Below, in pieces: positions 1-7,993 of a stretch of DNA of 64,000 bases (its first letter is position 1; each line of letters begins with the position of its first letter). A program made the position numbers and the translations under genes. The notes under the pieces were generated by a model. That model saw only the letters and a program-made list of their open reading frames with translations. It had not been told where the DNA came from and ran no database searches. The stretch is from an uncultured Elusimicrobia bacterium (GTDB lineage: Bacteria; Elusimicrobiota; Elusimicrobia; Elusimicrobiales; Elusimicrobiaceae): contig CAMZGO010000008.1 in assembly GCA_947306425.1 (NCBI GenBank), positions 105 through 64,104 on the forward strand, read 5' to 3'.

Positions 1-378
1 AAAAAAGCAATTTTCAAATCAAAGGTAGCAGAAATGATAATGATGGGTAAAAATATTAGAGAGGCTCAAAAACGTTATTTCTTAATTCATAATCAATATA
101 CTAATAATATAAATAACTTAGATATTGAGCTTCCTTCTTGTGAATGGAATTATACCGGTGCTTCTAGTATAGGTACATGTCAAAATGGCTCATTATACGT
201 ATACGACACAGGTATGACTTCCTTCTATGATGAACCTTCCAATAATTTTTGGATTCATTTTTTCAGTTCAGGTAAAGATGAATGTTCAGATAAAGAATCT
301 GAGAATCGTTGTAAAGATTTAGGATATTATATAGGATGCGGCTATCATGGTAGTATTTACCGCTGTTACAATAGGTAG
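1..378 (+). CDS. type IV pilin-like (prepilin-type) protein, C-terminal part; 5' end lies outside the window
   Basis: Frame 1 is open from nt 1, with no stop before the listed ATG at 34. The Cys-rich central part (NLDIELPSCEWNYTG...) parallels the two complete prepilin paralogs at 11484-11999 and 18670-19137 (VLDVELPSESECS). The N-terminal methylation motif would lie upstream of the window. Confidence 0.5.
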   Translation, partial: KKAIFKSKVAEMIMMGKNIREAQKRYFLIHNQYTNNINNLDIELPSCEWNYTGASSIGTCQNGSLYVYDTGMTSFYDEPSNNFWIHFFSSGKDECSDKESENRCKDLGYYIGCGYHGSIYRCYNR

Positions 379-450
379 TTTTTTCTTAAATATCTGCAAA
401 AATAACAATAGTATGTTCCTTTTTTGGTAAAATATATTAGGGGAGATATT

Positions 451-3138
451 ATGCCAAAAAAAGAAATAAAAAACAAAACTATAACAGAAGAAAAAGTAAA
501 TTCCGTTAAAGCACTTGAGGCTTTAATTCAAAAAGTAAAAAAAGCACAGGAAATTTTTGCGACTTACACTCAAGAACAAGTGGACGCAATTTTTAAAGCA
601 GCCGCTGCCGCCGCAAATAAAGCGCGTATACCGCTTGCCAAAATGGCTGTGGAAGATACCGGTATGGGTGTAGTTGAAGATAAAGTTATTAAAAATCATT
701 TCGCAAGCGAATATATCTTTAATAAGCACAAAAATATTAAAACCTGCGGTATCATTAAAGAAGACAAAATCAACGGCACAAAAACAGTTGCCGAACCTTT
801 GGGCGTTATCGCAGGAATTATTCCGACAACCAACCCCACATCTACAGTAATTTTCAAATCTTTAATTTGTTTAAAAACCAGAAACGGCATAATATTTTCC
901 CCCCATCCGCGCGCTAAAAAAAGCACTATTGAAGCTGCAAAAATTGTCTTGGACGCAGCCGTAAAAGCCGGCGCGCCGGAAAATATTATAGGTTGGATTG
1001 ACGAACCTAGCCTTGAACTTACAACTTATTTAATACACAATGAAAATATCGCCACTATTTTAGCAACAGGCGGAACAGGGATGGTTAAGGCATCATATTC
1101 TTCGGGCAGGCCGGCACTCGGCGTCGGCCCCGGAAATGTTCCGGCAGTAATTGACGAAACTGCTGATATTAAAACTGCGGTAAGCTCAATTTTACTTTCA
1201 AAAACTTTTGATAACGGTATGATTTGCGCCTCAGAGCAATCAATAATTGTTGTTGATAAAATTTACAATGAAGTTAAAAAAGAACTCGTTAAACGCGGTG
1301 CCTATATTTTAAGTAGTGCGGAAGAAAAGAAAGTTTCCTCAATCCTATTAATTGACCCGCGCACCAAAGGCCTTGCTTGCACTAAAGATGCTTATAAAGC
1401 CGCCTTAAAATGCGGCTGCACAAGCGTGAACCCAAAAATCGTCGGTCAAACAGCAAGAACAGTGGCTGAACTTGCAGGTATCAAAGTGCCGGAAGATACA
1501 AAAGTATTGGTAGGGGAGGAAACCTCTTACGACGTTATGAATCCCTTTGCACATGAAAAACTTTCCCCCGTTATTGCTTTGTATAAAGCTAAAGATTTTG
1601 AAAAAGCAGTACATATTGCACATCAGCTGGTTTTGCTTGGAGGTGCAGGGCATAGCGCCGCTTTTTATACAAATCCTTTAAATCAGGACAGAATAAATTA
1701 CTTTTCAGCCCAAATACCTACTTGCCGTTTGATTATAAATTCCCCCTCCTCGCATGGCGGCATAGGGGATTTGTATAATTTTAAACTTGAACCGTCTTTA
1801 ACTCTAGGTTGCGGCTCTTGGGGCGGTAACTCCGTAAGCGGAAATATAGGTGTGGAACACCTTCTTAATTATAAAACAGTTGCAGAAAGGAGAGAAAATA
1901 TGCTTTGGTTTAAAGTTCCCAGAAAAATTTATTTCAAAAGGGGCGCGGTAGATTTGGCTTTACGCGTATTAAAGGGCAAGAAACGCGCATTTATCGTTAC
2001 GGACAGGTTTTTATTTAATTCCGGCGCGGTTTCAGCCGTAACAAATGTTTTAGAAGAACTTGATATTGATTATCAAATTTTCTTTGATGTTAAACCGGAC
2101 CCAACCCTTTCAACAGTAAAACAAGCGATGGATATTATCAATCCTTATGAACCGGATTTAATTATTGCACTTGGCGGCGGTTCACCTATGGACGTTGCAA
2201 AAGTCATCTGGCTTAAATATGAACAGCCGGAAACTAATTTTGAAGATATTTCCATGCGCTTTATGGACATACGCAAACGTATTTGCCAAATTCCGGACTT
2301 GGGTGTAAAAGCAAATTTAGTTGCAATTCCTACGACTTCGGGTACAGGTTCTGAAGTAACGCCTTTTTCAATTATTACAGATGATGAAACCCATATCAAA
2401 TATGCTTTAGCTGATTATGCTTTAACACCTGATATGGCTATAGTTGACCCAAATTTCGTTGATAATATGCCAAAGGGTTTGACTGCCGCATCAGGTATTG
2501 ACGTTTTGGTACATTGTTTGGAAGCCTATGTTTCTTCCATGGCAACAAATTTTACAAACTCTAATTCTTTAGAAGCAACAAAACTTGTTTTTAAATATTT
2601 AGTCCGCTCTTATAAAGACGGTGCAAAGGACCCTATTGCACGCGAAAAGATGCATTATGCCGCAACTATTGCCGGTATGGCTTTTGCAAATGCTTTCCTT
2701 GGTTTATGCCACTCCATGGCACATAAATTAGGTGCGGCTTTCAATATACCGCACGGCGTAGCAAATTCACTTTTAATTTGCCAGATAATTAAATTTAATG
2801 CTACGGATTCCCCTAAAAAGCAAGCGGCTTTCCCGCAATACAAATACCCTTGTGCAAAAGAACGTTACGGTCAAATTGCCGATGAACTTAAACTCGGCGG
2901 TAAAAATGATGATGAGAAAGTTAAACTGCTTCTCAAAGCCATCATTAAACTTAAAAAAGATATTAATTTGCCGGCTTCAATCAAGGAATACGGTATTAGC
3001 CGCAAAGACTTTGAGTCCAAATTAGACGAACTTGTTGAACTTGCTTTTGATGACCAATGCACCAGCGCAAACCCTGTATATCCGTTACTAAAAGATATCA
3101 GGCAAATTTACCTTGATGCTTATGAAGGTAAGATTTAA
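451..3138 (+). CDS. adhE: bifunctional acetaldehyde-CoA / alcohol dehydrogenase
   Basis: ORF 424-3138. The ATG at 451 is preceded by a GGGGAG RBS. An N-terminal aldehyde dehydrogenase half and a C-terminal iron-type ADH half are joined by the AdhE linker (GGIGDLYNFKLEPSLTLGCGSWGGNS). Confidence 0.95.
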   Translation: MPKKEIKNKTITEEKVNSVKALEALIQKVKKAQEIFATYTQEQVDAIFKAAAAAANKARIPLAKMAVEDTGMGVVEDKVIKNHFASEYIFNKHKNIKTCGIIKEDKINGTKTVAEPLGVIAGIIPTTNPTSTVIFKSLICLKTRNGIIFSPHPRAKKSTIEAAKIVLDAAVKAGAPENIIGWIDEPSLELTTYLIHNENIATILATGGTGMVKASYSSGRPALGVGPGNVPAVIDETADIKTAVSSILLSKTFDNGMICASEQSIIVVDKIYNEVKKELVKRGAYILSSAEEKKVSSILLIDPRTKGLACTKDAYKAALKCGCTSVNPKIVGQTARTVAELAGIKVPEDTKVLVGEETSYDVMNPFAHEKLSPVIALYKAKDFEKAVHIAHQLVLLGGAGHSAAFYTNPLNQDRINYFSAQIPTCRLIINSPSSHGGIGDLYNFKLEPSLTLGCGSWGGNSVSGNIGVEHLLNYKTVAERRENMLWFKVPRKIYFKRGAVDLALRVLKGKKRAFIVTDRFLFNSGAVSAVTNVLEELDIDYQIFFDVKPDPTLSTVKQAMDIINPYEPDLIIALGGGSPMDVAKVIWLKYEQPETNFEDISMRFMDIRKRICQIPDLGVKANLVAIPTTSGTGSEVTPFSIITDDETHIKYALADYALTPDMAIVDPNFVDNMPKGLTAASGIDVLVHCLEAYVSSMATNFTNSNSLEATKLVFKYLVRSYKDGAKDPIAREKMHYAATIAGMAFANAFLGLCHSMAHKLGAAFNIPHGVANSLLICQIIKFNATDSPKKQAAFPQYKYPCAKERYGQIADELKLGGKNDDEKVKLLLKAIIKLKKDINLPASIKEYGISRKDFESKLDELVELAFDDQCTSANPVYPLLKDIRQIYLDAYEGKI

Positions 3139-3160
3139 GTACTTAAAATGCGAAGTCAAA

Positions 3161-3190
3161 AAGGGCTGCTTTGAAAGCAGCCCTTTTTTA
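3161..3190. terminator. bidirectional rho-independent terminator between adhE and tig
   Basis: Hairpin AAGGGCTGC-tttgaaa-GCAGCCCTT flanked by an A-run and a T-run, between convergent genes. Confidence 0.7.
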
Positions 3191-3212
3191 AACGGAAATA
3201 TTTAACTTTAAC

Positions 3213-4484
3213 CTATGCAATATTTGCCTTTTCTTTTAAGAAAGTAAATACTTTTCTTTCTTTAATTGTTGCTAAAATATCTTCTTTGCGTGTTTCAAAA
3301 AATTGCTTAATTTGCTCCGCTTCCTTAGGAGAATTTTTCAACGCATTATCCATTTCTTCTTTAAGGTCTGTGTCGGTTGCAGCGATATTTTCTTTATTTG
3401 CGATAGCATGGATGATGTAGCCGATTCTTAAATCCTTTTCAACCGAAGGACGCATTTTTTGAACAAAAGTTTTGCGGTTTTCTTCAGGGATATTGGCAGT
3501 CTTACCGCCAAACATCCTGTGAATAAAATTTTCAACCGACAAATTGGTATGGTAATCAACCAAAGCTTTGGGTAAATCAAAATTATTGGCCTTGACTAAA
3601 GCATCTTCAATTTGGCTTGTAACTTCCCTGTCTGCACGGTGTTTTGCTTCGTGCTCCAAAGTGTTTTTGACGTGTTCTTCAAGTTTTTCCACACTTTCAA
3701 AACCCATATCTTTTGCGAATTTATCATCTAATGTAGGAAGAACTTTATTTTTAATTTCTTCAACGGTTACAGTTATTTCCACAGGGGTATTTTCTTCTTT
3801 AATTTCAAAAGTTTTTGTTTCACCCTTTTTCATACCTTTCAAATTATCAGAAAGCCCGGAAATAGTTTGAGGTGCGGACATGTCAATCATTTCGCTTTTA
3901 GCAGTATATTTTTTATCTTCAACACCGTTTTTCTTGCCGGTATAACTGACGATTACATAATTAGTATCGCTAACAGCTTCGCCTTCTTTTACAGCTTCTA
4001 AAGTAGCATTGTTTTCAAGTACGGAATTGATATGATTTTTAATATCTTCTTTTGTTACTTTATTGTCTTTTTTGGTAACTTTGATACCGATATAATCTTT
4101 AGGTTCAAATTCAGGTGCAATATCTACTGAAATTTGAAAAGTAAAAGGAGCATTTTCTTTCAGAGAATTAAAATCAACTTTACTCACAGTCGGTGCCATA
4201 ACGGCATTTAATTTTGTTTCTTGTAAAGCATTTAAAGAAGCACGGCGGATAACTGTATCTAGTGCACGTTCTAAAATGTGGCCTGAAAAATTTTTCCTGA
4301 CTAAATCCAAAGGAACTTTACCTGCCCTAAAACCTTGCATTTGGGCGCGGCTTTGAACTTGCAAAGTGGCATTATGAAAGCATTCATTAATAAGAGTTGC
4401 ATTAGCGGTAACCTCTAAAACTACAGTGCAACCCTCTTTTGAAATTTGTTTTGTGGTAACATTTTGTTTTCCGTCTACAGACAT
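3213..4484 (-). CDS. tig: trigger factor
   Basis: 423 aa with trigger-factor N-terminal, FKBP-like and C-terminal organisation (QMQGFRAGKVPLDLVRKNF). AGGAG RBS upstream. Confidence 0.92.
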   Translation of the reverse strand: MSVDGKQNVTTKQISKEGCTVVLEVTANATLINECFHNATLQVQSRAQMQGFRAGKVPLDLVRKNFSGHILERALDTVIRRASLNALQETKLNAVMAPTVSKVDFNSLKENAPFTFQISVDIAPEFEPKDYIGIKVTKKDNKVTKEDIKNHINSVLENNATLEAVKEGEAVSDTNYVIVSYTGKKNGVEDKKYTAKSEMIDMSAPQTISGLSDNLKGMKKGETKTFEIKEENTPVEITVTVEEIKNKVLPTLDDKFAKDMGFESVEKLEEHVKNTLEHEAKHRADREVTSQIEDALVKANNFDLPKALVDYHTNLSVENFIHRMFGGKTANIPEENRKTFVQKMRPSVEKDLRIGYIIHAIANKENIAATDTDLKEEMDNALKNSPKEAEQIKQFFETRKEDILATIKERKVFTFLKEKANIA

Positions 4485-4506
4485 TTTAACGCTCCTAACA
4501 TTTATC

Positions 4507-4588
4507 TGGACGGAGAGGGACTTGAACCCTCACGGATTGCTCCATACGCTCCTAAGGCGTACGCGTCTGCCGATTCCGCCACCCGTCC
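4507..4588 (-). tRNA. tRNA-Leu (anticodon UAG), class II with long variable arm, no encoded CCA
   Basis: Manual fold of the minus strand. Acceptor GGACGGG/TCCGTCC, anticodon stem TACGC/GCGTA with loop CT-TAG-GA, variable arm GGA-GCAA-TCC, T arm GAGGG-TTCAAGT-CCCTC. Confidence 0.85.
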
Positions 4589-4614
4589 CTCAATATGAGA
4601 TATTTAAAAGAAAA

Positions 4615-4687
4615 TGGGCCATGAGAGACTCGAACTCTCGACCTTACGCTTAAGAGGCGTCTGCTCTACCAACTGAGCTAATGGCCC
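4615..4687 (-). tRNA. tRNA-Lys (anticodon CUU), no encoded CCA
   Basis: Manual fold of the minus strand. GGGCCAT acceptor, D arm GCTC-AGTTGGTA-GAGC, anticodon loop CT-CTT-AA, T arm GAGAG-TTCGAGT-CTCTC. Confidence 0.9.
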
Positions 4688-4795
4688 AACGTGTATATTA
4701 TATCATATTTTATGTTATCGTGTAAATTAATGCTATCTTTTTATGGTAACGAATTATGCTATTTTTTGTGCATGTTCTTGCAAATTTAAATGCTT

Positions 4796-4958
4796 TTTAA
4801 TTTTTCTGTTCCTAAAGTACCGAGAGTCGCTTCGCTCCCGTTCTTCGCGGTACTCTGCGTCACAGAGAAAAGTTAAAAATCATCTTAAATTTGCTGCGTC
4901 GCACACAGTATCCACATTCGCTTCGGTTTTGGTACTCATCGTCAGACAGAAAATTAAA
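4796..4958 (+). ncRNA. candidate structured non-coding RNA (unclassified; rod-like nested helices)
   Basis: Closing helix 4802-4809 / 4946-4953, extended by A-T pairs. A second helix 4816-4825 / 4927-4936 has two G-U pairs that form only on the plus strand. Internal hairpin 4853-4857 / 4863-4867. The region is locally GC-richer than its flanks. The overlapping ORF 4743-5042 looks non-coding. Confidence 0.25.
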
Positions 4959-5006
4959 ATTTTCTCAAAAATAATTGCCGAATTGTTGCACATACTACAA
5001 CACAAA

Positions 5007-5040
5007 ACTCCCCTGCTTTCACAGGGGAGTTTTTTGTTTT
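5007..5040. terminator. bidirectional rho-independent terminator
   Basis: 9-bp stem ACTCCCCTG / CAGGGGAGT with a 6-nt loop. It is followed by TTTTTGTTTT on the plus strand and TTTTGTGTT on the minus strand. It lies just downstream of the GGGtGRT gene. Confidence 0.7.
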
Positions 5041-5055
5041 AAGTAAAAACTTTAC

Positions 5056-6051
5056 TTATTTTGCTTCGGCAATTGCAACCGCTACTGCTACTGATGCACC
5101 TACCATCGGGTTATTACCCATACCGATAAGCCCCATCATTTCAACGTGTGCGGGAACTGAAGAGGAACCTGCAAATTGCGCGTCGCTATGCATGCGGCCC
5201 ATTGTGTCGGTCATACCGTATGATGCGGGGCCTGCTGCCATATTGTCCGGATGCAAAGTTCTGCCTGTACCGCCGCCTGATGCGACGGAGAAATATTTCT
5301 TGCCGTTTTCCACAGCCCATTTTTTATAAGTGCCGGCAACCGGGTGCTGGAAGCGTGTCGGGTTTGTAGAGTTACCGGTAATGGAAACATCTACACCTTC
5401 GTGGCGCATAATGGCAACACCTTCGTTTACATCATCAGCACCGTAGCATTTAACTTTTGCGCGGTCGCCGTCTGAAAATGCTTTTTCGGAAACAATTTCA
5501 AGTTTGCCGGTATAGTAATCATATTTAGTTTCTACAGAAGTAAAACCGTTGATTCTTGAAATAATATAAGCCGCATCTTTACCAAGTCCGTTAAGAATTA
5601 CGCGGAGCGGTGTTTTGCGGACTTTATTTGCGGTTTTGGCAATACCGATTGCACCTTCTGCGGCGGCAAAACTTTCATGGCCTGCTAAAAAGCAGAAACA
5701 TTTTGTTTCTTCCCTAAGTAACATTGCAGCTAAATTACCGTGGCCTAAACCGACGGCACGTTGGTCCGCAACTGAACCGGGGATACAAAAACTTTGTAAA
5801 CCGACGCCGATTTTTTCTGCCGCTTCCGCTGCGGTTTTTACGCCGCTTTTAATTGCGATTGCAGCACCTACTGTATAAGCCCAGACGGCATTTTCAAAAG
5901 CAATCGGCTGTATACCTTTGACGATAGATTCAACATCAATACCTTTCTTTGTGCAGATTTCTTTTGCTTCTTCAAGGGAAGCAATACCATATTCCTTTAA
6001 AACGGAATTTATTTTTTCAATTCTTCTTTCATAACCTTCAAAAGTTACCAT
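5056..6051 (-). CDS. GGGtGRT family protein (conserved, function unknown)
   Basis: Contains the signature SGGGTGRTLHPDNMAAGPASYGMTDTMGRMH. Start moved to ATG 6051 (MVTFEGYE), which has an AGGAAGGAG RBS and lies 4 nt after the upstream stop. The listed start at 6096 would overlap the upstream gene. Confidence 0.85.
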   Translation of the reverse strand: MVTFEGYERRIEKINSVLKEYGIASLEEAKEICTKKGIDVESIVKGIQPIAFENAVWAYTVGAAIAIKSGVKTAAEAAEKIGVGLQSFCIPGSVADQRAVGLGHGNLAAMLLREETKCFCFLAGHESFAAAEGAIGIAKTANKVRKTPLRVILNGLGKDAAYIISRINGFTSVETKYDYYTGKLEIVSEKAFSDGDRAKVKCYGADDVNEGVAIMRHEGVDVSITGNSTNPTRFQHPVAGTYKKWAVENGKKYFSVASGGGTGRTLHPDNMAAGPASYGMTDTMGRMHSDAQFAGSSSVPAHVEMMGLIGMGNNPMVGASVAVAVAIAEAK

Positions 6052-6055
6052 AAGT

Positions 6056-6757
6056 TTACTCCTTCCTCGGGTCAATTTTCTTGACGGCTTCGTCATAGCG
6101 GCCGTATTTGCTTATATTTTTTTCATAAGCGGTTTTTGGATCTTCGCCTTTTTTGATAGCGTCCATCATTTTGCCAAGGTTAACAAATTTGTAGCCGATA
6201 ATTTCATTATTTTTATCAAGGCCGACTTCCAAGACATAACCTTCTGCCATTTCAAGATAGCGCGGGCCTTTAGCCTCGGTTGCATACATGGTGCCGATTT
6301 GTGAGCGGAGGCCTTTACCTAAATCTTCAAGCCCGGCACCGATAGTCAAACCGCCTTCAGAGAAAGCACTTTGTGAGCGGCCGTATACAATTTGAAGGAA
6401 TAATTCCCTCATAGCAGTATTGATAGCATCACAAACAAGGTCAGAATTTAATGCCTCTAAAATTGTTTTGCCTGTCAAAATTTCTGCAGCCATAGCGGCG
6501 GAGTGTGTCATACCGCTGCAGCCTAAAGTTTCTACCAAGGCCTCTTTAATAACACCGTTTTTGATGTTTAAAGTTAATTTGCAAGCGCCTTGTTGTGGGG
6601 CGCACCAACCGATACCGTGCGTTAAACCGCTGATATCTTTAATTTCTTTTGCGCAAACCCATTTGCCCTCTTCCGGAATCGGGGCGGGCTGGTGTTTTGC
6701 GCCTTTACAGACACTGCACATATTTGCGATGTGTGGGGTACATTTTTCGCAACTCAT
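6056..6757 (-). CDS. NifU/IscU-like iron-sulfur scaffold domain protein with N-terminal Cys-rich extension
   Basis: NifU-N-like core (GCSGMTHSAAMAAEILTGKTILEAL) preceded by CEKC...CSVC. Immediately upstream of, and probably co-transcribed with, the GGGtGRT gene. Confidence 0.75.
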   Translation of the reverse strand: MSCEKCTPHIANMCSVCKGAKHQPAPIPEEGKWVCAKEIKDISGLTHGIGWCAPQQGACKLTLNIKNGVIKEALVETLGCSGMTHSAAMAAEILTGKTILEALNSDLVCDAINTAMRELFLQIVYGRSQSAFSEGGLTIGAGLEDLGKGLRSQIGTMYATEAKGPRYLEMAEGYVLEVGLDKNNEIIGYKFVNLGKMMDAIKKGEDPKTAYEKNISKYGRYDEAVKKIDPRKE

Positions 6758-6811
6758 AGAATCTCCTTTATATAAGATACATATATTTTAGCAAATTTAA
6801 CGCTCTTTTAA

Positions 6812-6840
6812 TTGCCCCTTAACTCCTAAAATGCTAGAAT
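6812..6840 (+). promoter_or_regulatory. putative sigma70 promoter with extended -10
   Basis: TTGCCC (6812-6817), 17-nt spacer, TG-c-TAGAAT (6832-6840). It lies 24 nt upstream of the small-ORF start. Confidence 0.35.
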
Positions 6841-6863
6841 TTATTTAGCAGTAAGGAGTTTTT

Positions 6864-6983
6864 ATGTTTGAAAAATTACTTAATAAATTGGATAACTATC
6901 TAAAGAAAAAAGCAAAAACAGGCTGCTGCCATTGTGCCGACGGCAAAGGCAATTGCCAAAAGAAAAATCAACAAGGTAAATAA
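6864..6983 (+). CDS. unlisted 39-aa Cys-rich small protein (MFEKLLNKLDNYLKKKAKTGCCHCADGKGNCQKKNQQGK)
   Basis: Hand-translated. A strong AAGGAG RBS sits 5 nt upstream of ATG 6864. The TAA stop overlaps the ATG of the downstream permease (TAATG at 6981-6985), indicating translational coupling. Confidence 0.55.
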   Translation: MFEKLLNKLDNYLKKKAKTGCCHCADGKGNCQKKNQQGK

Positions 6984-7933
6984 TGCACGCTTTAACTGCT
7001 TATATATTAGGTAAGTTGGGAATCAATACCGCTTCACAATGGGGGCATGCGGCGGTAATGTTTATAACTGATTCCGTAAAAATCTTACTTATTTTATTTA
7101 TAGCAATAAGCACTATCGGTGTTTTGCGGACTTACCTTTCCAAAGCAACTATGGAAAAATATCTTGCAAGCAAACACCGTTTTTTGAGCAGTTTTGCCGC
7201 CGCAATGTTCGCTATTTTCACACCGTTTTGTTCTTGTTCTTCCGTTCCAATATTTTTAAGTTTAGTTAAACTCCGCGTGCCTTTTGCCTCGGCAATTTGT
7301 TTTTTAGCAGTTTCCCCCCTCGTCAATGAATATTTAGTTGTTTTGATGCCAAAATATTTTGGCTTTCCCATAACTATTGCTTATATTATAGGCGGTATAG
7401 CAACGGGTATGCTTGCCGGCTGGACACTTGAAAAACTTGGTTTTGCAAAATACCTTGAGCCCGCCTTTATTGAAGAAGATCCTGATTTCCCCGAATATAA
7501 AAATTTCACAAGCCGCTTGCAATTTGGAACTAATGAAGGTTCAAAAATAGTCAAACGCTTGTGGGTGTGGATACTTGCCGGCGTTGCACTCGGGGCTGTT
7601 TTGAACATTTATGTTTCAGATGAAAGTATAGTTAAAGCCGTTAATTTAGGCGGTATTTTCAGCGTACCGCTTGCCGCAATTTTGGGCGCGCCCATTTACG
7701 GTAGCTGTGCCGGTGTTGTTCCTATTGCTTTGATATTTTTTGAGCGCCCGCTTCCGCTTGGAACGGTGTTGGCGTTTTTGATGTCTGTATCGGCAATGAG
7801 TTTGCCGGAAGCCGTAATCTTGCGCGGCGCTATGAAGATAAAGCTGCTTGCGGCATTTTTCTTGACTGTCTTAATAGGTATAATAATTCAAGGATATTTT
7901 ATAAATGCTGTTTCCCGTTTCCTCATTAAATAG
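6983..7933 (+). CDS. ArsP/YraQ-type permease with vicinal-cysteine motif
   Basis: 316 aa, polytopic. The TPFCSCSSVP motif is typical of the predicted-permease family that includes ArsP. Confidence 0.75.
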   Translation: MHALTAYILGKLGINTASQWGHAAVMFITDSVKILLILFIAISTIGVLRTYLSKATMEKYLASKHRFLSSFAAAMFAIFTPFCSCSSVPIFLSLVKLRVPFASAICFLAVSPLVNEYLVVLMPKYFGFPITIAYIIGGIATGMLAGWTLEKLGFAKYLEPAFIEEDPDFPEYKNFTSRLQFGTNEGSKIVKRLWVWILAGVALGAVLNIYVSDESIVKAVNLGGIFSVPLAAILGAPIYGSCAGVVPIALIFFERPLPLGTVLAFLMSVSAMSLPEAVILRGAMKIKLLAAFFLTVLIGIIIQGYFINAVSRFLIK

Positions 7934-7993
7934 TTCCCTTAATTTTATATAATTACTTTATAGGACATTTTATCCTAAAGGAGTGTTTTATTT

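Noticed and set aside
424-450. Over-extended starts in the ORF track (424 adhE, 6096 GGGtGRT, 16597 nadB, 19312 trxA, 43342 TPR lipoprotein, 46518 lemA, 48841 nuclease)
   Set aside because: Internal ATGs, most with clear Shine-Dalgarno sequences, and avoidance of overlap give better N termini. The nuclease has no clear RBS at any candidate start, so M22 was chosen there for its signal peptide.
4743-5042. 99-aa plus-strand ORF in the tRNA/GGGtGRT intergenic region
   Set aside because: - It has no RBS.
- Its composition is Ser/Arg-rich and junk-like.
- It spans a terminator hairpin.
- The region folds into long-range helices, so it is treated as a possible ncRNA instead.
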